A stretch of DNA of 64,000 bases from contig OZ024743.1 in NCBI GenBank assembly GCA_964016885.1, forward strand, positions 37,696,001 to 37,760,000. Reading direction: 5' to 3'. Made by a program: the position numbers and the translations under genes. This document shows, piece by piece, positions 55,027 to 64,000 of this stretch. The notes under the pieces are model-generated. The model was not told where the DNA came from and made no database searches. It saw only the letters and a program-made list of their open reading frames with translations. The stretch is from Eledone cirrhosa. Lineage: Eukaryota. Each line of letters begins with the position of its first letter. Within the stretch, counting starts at the first letter, position 1.

Positions 55027-55061
<35 letters not shown>

Positions 55062-55079
55062 CAATAATAATAACCTATA

Positions 55080-55760
55080 AATATTGGTTGCAGGAACATT
55101 TCGGCATCGGCCGAGATGTTGCGGTCAAGTGGTCCAGATGTCTGATGATCGTATTCCAAAACGACTTCTCTACGGAGAACTCTAGGATGGAAGACGACCA
55201 CCACAGAAACCAAAAATGCGGTACCGAGACTGTGTTAGGGGTACCTTGGCATCTACCGAGTGGGGGAACATGACTAAGGAGCATGTGAAATGGGGACGTT
55301 TGATCAAGTCAGGAAGTGAACACTTTGTAACTCGTCGAAGAGAACACCTAACACTGAAGAGGAAAGTGAAGAAGAGGAACTGTTCTGAACTGCCTGCTGT
55401 TGAGCGACATCTGGTTTGCCAGCACTGTGGTCGAGCCAGCCTGAGCAAATCTTGTTTTATTAGACATGAACAACATCATATCAGTAGACCTCATGTAGAT
55501 TATGATCTGAAAAGGTGTAGGGAATGTGGCAAGGAATGTGCAAGCATGGAAGGCCTTAAAAGACATATGAGAACACACAATCAGAACCAGGCAGAGGAAA
55601 GTCCCAGAGGAGTCTACTGTCGCCAAGTGTGTGCCAGAGCGTACAGGTCTTTCGCTGGTTTAAAGAGACACATTCCTGCCTCACATTATTTAGCATTTTA
55701 TCAGGCGATGGCAATGCTCGAACACGAGTTTTCGACCATCATGTATGCATGTATGTATCT
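55080..55760 (+). mobile_element. RTE-clade LINE 3' fragment with three C-terminal C2H2 fingers and a (TGTA)n tail
   Basis: LRSSGPDV*DRIPKRLLYGEL*DGRRPPQKPKMRYRDCV..W (frameshifted); CQHC..H..H, CREC..H...H, C..VC..H; tail atgtatgcatgtatgtat. Confidence 0.75.
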
Positions 55761-55954
55761 TCGAATAATTGTATGTATGCAAGGAGGAATGTGTATGTGT
55801 GCGTATGTATGTAGAATTTATGTAGGCATTTACGTGTGTATTACACCACTATGTTTAAGTTATAATGTTCTACAAACAGATTTGTAAGTTGGCACAAACA
55901 TTTTCTTTATCATATTGCCTCGAGCTCCATATAATTTCACTTAATTCAGGTGTA

Positions 55955-56120
55955 ATAATTGTTTCTACTTTTGGCACAAGGCCATCAATTACCCAGTACA
56001 TTACTGGTACTTTATTTTATCGACCCCGTAAGGATGAAAGGCAAAGTTAACCTCGGCGGGATTTGAACTCAGACCGTAAAGGGAGGACGTATCTATGCTG
56101 GAAAGCATGGCGTCCGACTC
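55955..56120 (-). mobile_element. SINE (Nin/Deu-like core)
   Basis: Reverse complement of the 26810 copy. Confidence 0.88.
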
Positions 56121-56589
56121 TCTTATAATGTCTCTCTCTTAGGATTATAAGTCATTACATAGAATAAATTGAAATATATGTACTATTACAGATATAATAA
56201 ATTAACAAGTGAGCTAAATGTGTTGACCCAAGAGACGTCACTATATAACACGTTGCCTATACGTAACAAAGAAGTGGAATCGTATGATCTGAAAGATAGC
56301 ATCTGCACCTTAATTCAACCGGATATGAATAGCTGTCAAAGAAAACTATAAACATCCTTTGTCATTTAAAAAAGTGGAAGAACAGATTAAGCAATGTCGT
56401 CCCGAAAGAAGAAAATGAAGAATTGGCCAGGACTATATATCGGAATATGTGTTCAAAATATCATAGTATTTAAAGCATTTAAATGTTAACTGAAGGAAAA
56501 CCTAATACCGGTTTATAGAATATAGAAATATATTTAACAAGTTGAAAAGGTTCATCATGATAATTTAATGACTGCTAATATGGACACTG

Positions 56590-56965
56590 ACCAAGAAACT
56601 CACTCAGATGGTGGATGGGTGCTACATTAGAATGCTGAGGATGGCTCTGAACATTAATTCATTAATACACTGAGGATGAAGAACTCAGGGCTGTACGGGA
56701 GCCTCCCAAAAGTCAGCTCGAGAGTAGCACAGAGGAGACTGAGGTTAGCTGGACATGCTCACCGACATCCAGAGTTGACATTGCACCTGGTGCTCCTGTA
56801 GGAGCCCCTGCAACGACACACTGGAAGGGGAAGACCGAGTTTAACATATGTTGATGCCGTAGGACAGAGACTGGTCTCTTGGAAACGCAATACATGGCAG
56901 CGATAGTGAGGGACAGAGACCGCTGGAGAGAACTCGTCCATGGATCTCGGGAAGTTTACTCTCGC
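56590..56965 (+). mobile_element. RTE-like LINE 3' fragment (same family as 8225-8560)
   Basis: DGCYIRMLRMALNI..RLRLAGHAHRHPEL..LL*EP..DRDRWRELVH. Confidence 0.7.
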
Positions 56966-56990
56966 TAGACATATATATATATATATATAA

Positions 56991-57588
56991 ATGTAATCTG
57001 AGTTTTTCGAATATTAATAATAACATTCGATTCGTTTGCAATTATGCAAACAAGCCTCAATTTTATAGCCATATCAGTAGAATGAACATTTCATTCTTAC
57101 TCTTGTGTTGGCATGTGAATGTTATTATTAATATTCGAAAAACTCAGAGTACATTTATTGTATTCAGACATTTAGAGCGAAATTTTCTTTTTTATTTGAA
57201 TTTGGCGAAGCCGGCCATTTATCGCTCGTATACAGGAAACTGACTGGTCAGTCTGCTGATCTGCAAATCTCGCTGATCAGTGGATCTGCTAATATGCAGA
57301 TCTAACAGATCAGCCAATCTACTAATATGCAAATAAGGCCGATCAGTCACTGTGTATTTTTGAAAATAGCATATATTTTTACTAGCTCTGACAGTTTGGC
57401 AGGTGAACAGTGGGCTGTACTGATGAAGGGTGATACCCAGAAACATTAGTGTCTGCAGTTCGCATGCCAACACAAGAGCAAGAATGAAGTGCTCATTCTA
57501 CTGATATGGTTATAAAATTGAGGCTTGTTTGCATAATTGCAAACGAATCGAATGTTATTATTAATATTCGAAACACTCAGATTACATA
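56991..57588 (+). mobile_element. 433-bp hammerhead-bearing non-coding unit with short direct terminal redundancy and an inverted 5' tail, in (TA)n
   Basis: gaatgttattattaatattcgaaa recurs at 57117 and 57550; 56991-57119 is the reverse complement of 57459-57587. Confidence 0.85.
57412..57461 (+). ncRNA. Canonical type I hammerhead ribozyme
   Basis: Stem I gggctgta/tgcagttc; CTGATGA at 57420-57426; stem II gggt-gat-accc; GAAACATTAGT-GTC; predicted cleavage after C57453. Confidence 0.88.
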
Positions 57589-57598
57589 TATTTTCTTT

Positions 57599-57648
<50 letters not shown>

Positions 57649-58907
57649 TAGATAGATAGATAGTATAATATTAGCTGAAGCACTGCTCTCCTGACGATTG
57701 TTTTGGTTGGGCATGTCTCTATCTATATATACAAACGTGTAAAAGAGAAAATATTTTTGACATGCAAATGATCAGAACTCGTACCGACATGCTTCGTTAT
57801 GTAGTATACTTGAATTAATAAAACGACATGTATCCTCTACAAACTGGCGACTCCCAGCTTCATTGACTAAAGATATGTTGTGAACCTATAATAATCAGAA
57901 GCATGATTGAAATACTACGCCACCTTCTATAACATTCGAATCCATATCTATTTTCGAATGAAACAGTTTTTGTTGAAATTTGATATTCGTAGGAAGGTGT
58001 TGTGTAGTGAAACTCTCAATTAAATGCTAAAACATCATTCGGAACAGTAGAACGAGACGCTCATTCGTCGACATATTTGATTTTGCTGTTTATTTATATT
58101 AATGAATAACCAGGATAAATATACTTGCCGTCAAATGTTGTTGGTGTGGATACACTACAGTTGACAGACGAAAACAACGTTCTATGTTAATTTGCCGAAT
58201 ATTTGAGAGCTTTCCATGGAAGCATTCGATTTTCAGGCGTTATGGCAACTTCTCCTCTTGGGACACACCTAGAATATTTCAATTCGTTTCAAGCGTGTAA
58301 ATAACTCTCTGCCATATTAGCCCTTCAATGAAATATTGACTAGGAATATAGAAAAAAACAATAGAAGATAACAAAAACGATATAAATCTCTACATATGAT
58401 GTAAAGTAACAGGGAGTGTAAGGCGATGGAACCAATTTCAAATGCTGACATGCGTGGAATATGATTAGAGAAAATATGGATTAATATATTATGATTTCAG
58501 AAAGTGTGGTGTGAAATATACGTCCAAAAATATCGAAAGCTTCATGACATTGTGTTTTCGATTATAAGCCTGAGTATTTTTAAACCCTACAAATTGAGAA
58601 AGGCATATATGTAACGGCAACCACGTTTAAAGCAGTTTATGGCAAATATAAAAATGAAAGCAAAATAAGGAATAATACCAACAACAACAAAAACACATGC
58701 ATTTACGCATACACCCACACATATCACCTATATTCCTGGGCACAGGCACGAACACATACACACGCACACATATACACATATACATATATATATGTAAGTA
58801 TATATATATCATATTGTATAATATTGTGTATGATATATATATATATATGTACTTATATACTTTTAAGAGAAAATATCATATGCACGTATATATATATGTA
58901 TATATAT

Positions 58908-58966
<59 letters not shown>

Positions 58967-59439
58967 TAGATAGATAGATATATAGATATAGATATAGAGA
59001 GAGAGTGAGAGAGGGAGAGAGAGAGAGAGGACGCAAACGGAGAGAGAATGAGAGAGAGGGGGAGAAAGTGAAAATAGGACGAGAAATAAAGACAAGAGAA
59101 ATGTTTGTAGATAACAAAAGATCAGAATGTCTTCATTGCGTATAAATTCAATAATTTGATGTTGGAGAGATAATATATTTATTCCATGATGATATTGGGC
59201 AATTCCGATTTATTATTCATAATTTACAAGGTTCTCACATTATAACAGAACAACAGAACTAGAATTTCAGTTTTTCATATATTTATTATATTTTGATGTC
59301 TAAATAGAATGAATTATTAGCTTAGAAATAAATATATACGTGTTTTGATCACATGAATTTAATTTAGAGAAGACGGATTCATGTTAGGTATTTATGAATA
59401 CACACGCACTCACATACACATACACACATGTATATATAT

Positions 59440-59536
59440 ATATATATACAGAGAAATAGAAAGAGAGATAGAGGTAGATAGATAGATAGATATAGAGAGA
59501 GACATAGAGAGAGAGAGAGAGTGAGAGAGAGAGAGA

Positions 59537-59600
<64 letters not shown>
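59440..59600. repeat. (GA)n/(GATA)n microsatellite
   Basis: Direct reading. Confidence 0.95.
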
Positions 59601-59603
<3 letters not shown>

Positions 59604-59868
59604 ACCAATATATAAATGTATTATAACATATCGAGTGAAAACAATATGGAGAAATCGGTGAAATACAACATCAGTTAATCTACCTAGATTGACATACAGA
59701 TTCCTTTTTGTGACTGCGGAATGAACAGATTAAAGGAATCTATATATTACAATATATTATGTAGTGTTTATAAGTTAAAATTTATATTTCAAATAAATGG
59801 CAGATTGTTGAATGTGAACTTCTCACCAACCACCCTTTTTTCTCTTACACACAGGCACATGCACACAG

Positions 59869-60551
<683 letters not shown>

Positions 60552-60557
60552 TATATA

Positions 60558-60624
<67 letters not shown>

Positions 60625-60637
60625 AATATATATATTT

Positions 60638-60694
<57 letters not shown>

Positions 60695-60729
60695 CATAAG
60701 AATAAAAGCTATGTTCAAAGCATTTATTC

Positions 60730-60774
60730 ACTTACAATTGTTTCATCCAAACCCAGACGTGGAGTCTTCGGAGC
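60730..60774 (-). ncRNA. Type I hammerhead ribozyme, CCGA core variant (Naiad 3' end)
   Basis: Minus strand reads gct-CCGAAGA-ctcca cgtctgggtt tgga t-GAAACAATT-GTA-agt, then AATAAA. Confidence 0.72.
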
Positions 60775-62141
60775 ATTTTTCAATGTTTCTACACATAATT
60801 GACCTCCTTTCCAACGCAAGAGACATACAGATACATATGAATATATTGATGTACAGTGGAGTGACCTATATTATATTATATTTTTTCTGTATAGCAATTC
60901 AAATTCAAAATCAAAATCAAAATCAAAATTAAAATTAAAACAAAATTAAAATACTTTCGGTAGTTAACATAGATAATGCAAGAGGATAGTTTGTTAGTCA
61001 GAGTTAGTAGTTATTGTATGCGTTAGTTACACGTGGGACATGCACGTGTGTCTCATTTATATATGATTATTGTGTAGCAGTGTGTTACTTGTAATACAAG
61101 CACTTTAAGCGGGTAAGTAAGAGTATTATGGAGGTTGTAGTGGTAAGGTATTTTTTGTATATAATAAAAAAAGTATGTGTGCAGAAAAATAAAAATAAAA
61201 AGGAGAAGCAAAAGAAAGTTATGGTTTTCGTACCCACCACTATTTTCACATTCACATGTAATATATAGTTTATACATCTATAACATAATTAACGATGATT
61301 CCGTATTGGATGTTTGATGCATTAAATTAAATTATTTTAGCTTATTGCGGCTCAGTGTTCTTTAATCCAATTTTATAGTGTAGGTTGTTTCTGCTGCGAG
61401 AATTTACATCGGTTTATTATCCGGAAGTATGTGTGTAATTAAGAGGAGTTAATGCGTAAGGGGAGGTAACTAGCTGATTTTCATAACTAAATTTATTGTT
61501 CTAATATACATTATAATATGTCTCAATTGAGTCCCTTATAAAGACGGTTATATATTTATATTCAGTTTCCAATTTTAAATACAGTCTACTCTATCATGAT
61601 GTACTAAAGGTATTTATATTAGGATGATTACTCCCTAGCATAGAGTGCTACAACTGAATATTCCATATAAAGAGCCATATCTTTATATCAAAGTTCTTTG
61701 CAAATGTAGTCTACTGACAGAACATGTCAGGGGACCTATTAGAACTGTGTCTACATAACTCCTGGTAAGTTCCGGAGCAGTGTATGGCTGTTTGCATGGC
61801 AAAGCCAAATACATCTCTAGGGCAGACAAAAACATCCCTCATTTACAATGTCATTAATCTATCCATCAAGTTATACTTGCATATATAACTCACATACCAT
61901 TCATACATAATTCATTGCACTCAACATATAGGTTATATAGATCTTTTATGTTAATAAATTAATCTGATATATATCCAATGTTATCACTCCAAACATACGA
62001 ATACATTTGCATAAATAATTCATTGTCGGATCTGGTATTTAAAGCTTACATAGACTGTAATGTATCACTATATAATTATAAGTAATTGAAAGTAATTATA
62101 CTAAAAGTAGGTGTTCATGGGGAAATTTTTAGGGTATAAAG

Positions 62142-63765
62142 TTATAGATAGATGGAATGATTTGTGTTGAGATAGGGTGGATCAGAGAGTGTGGAGTTGT
62201 GGTGTAAGGTGTGCCCTTGAGGTGTAGTGTTAGAAGTGGTGATGGGTTCAAGTCTGACATTATTATATATTGGGTTTAAAGTTTTGGAAGGAATGCCGGA
62301 AGCGGTGCTGGCACGACGCAAACACTTCCGACTTTGTTTTTTATTAAGGGGCTTATGGTTTGAGAAGATTATAGTATGGGTCTCTAGTAGACAGAGGTTA
62401 CAGAATTTATTAGGTGGCTTGTACGATGCTGCCTTACCTATCACTTCCCATTTAAGTGTATAAGATCTATTTTTAGATTTTAGATAGTGTATGTAGCTAG
62501 ATAGTGAAGTGGAGTTGGCTAGACTGTGTTTTTTGAAAGAATGGAGGTGTGAATTGTATCTGGTTTTGAAGCAGTTTGAAGTGGAGCCTATATAGGTTTC
62601 AGAAGAGTTGCTAGTTATGACGGTGCATGAGTATATGATGTCCTTGATTAAGCAGTTTTTATCTAAAGGGCAGGTTCTATTAGATCTACAGTTACAATTA
62701 TTTTGGATGTTAACCTGCCGGTTATTATGTTGTGTAGAAGTCTGGTAGCTAGTTATTGCATTATGGCTACGTGGGTTGTCGCTCCCAGCGTTATTGCTTA
62801 CACTAGTGCTATTATTATTATTACTATTGGTATCAGGGTTTGTAGATATAACGTTGTTTTGAAGGTTTACCCCTGCCGTGTTTTAGTTTGTTGGAAGTAA
62901 GTATTCATTTTTCTTTTATTGCTACTAGCTATGTGGTATGCTATGTTAGGCGTGGTAGAGTAAGAGATTTTAATTGTGTTTTTTGTTTATAAGACTATGG
63001 TACTTGTGACCAGATGGGAAGTTTTTATCCATGAGTGAGAAGAAAGCCTTAGGTAGGTTGGTAGAGACGTTTAGATTGAAAGGTGGGTTGAATCATGTAT
63101 TATTTCTTCTTCTATTTTTGTTTTTTTATGTCTGGCGAGATGCTTCCGTTTATGGTATTTTGGTGCCTTCCGTGGTGTGGGTTACGTTTGTTGCCACCCT
63201 TTGTACTAGTGTGTGTGTGGTTATTATTCTTATTACTATTTTTCCTCACGGACATATTCTGCGAAATAATGTTGTAACTATGTGTTTTTGTAGGTGGGAA
63301 CTCGATCTCATTATTATGGCCTGATCTAGCTAATGCCTGATTATAATATTGTGAGTTTTTGTTAAATATGTTTTCGTCATAAGATAGATTAGAGATTCTA
63401 TGGGATATTCCCTTGGAGATAGAGTTTAATATTGATCTAGGGTGGTTAGACTTGGTATCTACGTAAATCAGTTTTTCATTAGGTTTATGGAATGGGGTAT
63501 ATATTCTAGAGTCTAGGTAGAGGGTGGCATCTAGGAAGTTAACGTTTTTAGTATTTTTGTCTATGGTGATACTTAGGTTATAGTTTTTGAAAGTCTTGTG
63601 CAATAGTTTTCTAGTTCTTTCTATATTAAATTTTGTATAGTCTATAAGGAGAAGTGCATCATCGCGGTACAAACCACCGTTGAGGTATGGAAGGTCCTTA
63701 TGGATTTCGTTTAGTAAATATAGGCCCACCAAATCAGTGACCGGCGCCGAGTCACTAGATCCCAT
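62142..63765 (-). pseudogene. Naiad RT (partial) plus GIY-YIG endonuclease, frameshifted
   Basis: ORFs 63112-63765 and 62142-62444 plus intervening frames carrying the motifs listed for the element. Confidence 0.88.
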
Positions 63766-64000
63766 ATATATATATATAGAGAGAGAGAGATAGAGATAGA
63801 GAGAGATAGATAGAGAGAGATAGATAGATAGAGAGAGAGAGAATTATTTCATAAACCACACCTCTTCAATTCAACATGTTGATATCGCACCGCCTCAAAT
63901 TGCCAGAGAGGCGGGGCTCGACGTATTTTGCTGATTCCAGAGCATATGCCAAACTGGGAATTACCCGTCGCATTAGGGGCGTTGCCAATGGAAATTAACG

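Larger units (their letters stand above)
60690..63766 (-). mobile_element. Naiad-type Penelope-like element, 5'-truncated, both ends in (TA)n
   Basis: RT MGSSDSAPVTDLVGLYLL, GLYRDDAL, VNFLD, HKPN, SNHP; linker FNPPF..NV.TN; CNCR..CPL..C; GIY-YIG IIY..YIG..FKTRY..H; CNLC; ~1.45-kb 3' region ending in an HHR. Confidence 0.9.

Noticed and set aside
58150-58310. Short open frames in unique sequence (possible host exon)
   Set aside because: No recognisable motif or convincing splice pair.
63085-63100. In-frame TGA in the Naiad ORF as possible selenocysteine (reported for some Naiads)
   Set aside because: It occupies the Trp of W-FNPPF (TGG>TGA decay); the Cys-motif codons in CNCR..CPL..C and CNLC are ordinary TGT/TGC.

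Overview
Eukaryotic, very AT-rich, microsatellite-dense DNA with no convincing host gene. The repeat content (Nin/Deu-core tRNA-like SINEs, huge (TA)n/(CA)n/(GA)n tracts, Dong/R4, Tx1, RTE and Penelope retroelements) is typical of an octopus/cephalopod genome, which is an inference. Two things stand out. (1) From 31.6 to 55.1 kb there is a ~23.5-kb stack of retrotransposons centred on (TAA)n. Three Tx1-clade LINEs (minus strand, APE-RT) alternate with three head-to-tail Dong/R4-clade RLE elements (plus strand). An empty (AAT)6 junction at 38.58 kb and the same junction filled by a Tx1 at 43.06-48.93 kb both lie in the window. (2) I found by eye 12 type I hammerhead ribozyme motifs in about 8 sequence families. 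Some end Naiad-type Penelope elements; others sit in short non-coding tandem/fold-back units inserted in (TA)n, which resemble retrozymes. They include a U3-A8 covariant core, a conserved CCGA core variant and two ~100-nt stem II expansions. Nearly all coding sequence is decayed transposon ORF, and most ORF-track entries are microsatellite artefacts or antisense shadows. Alignments and folds were done by eye, so coordinates may be off by a few nt.
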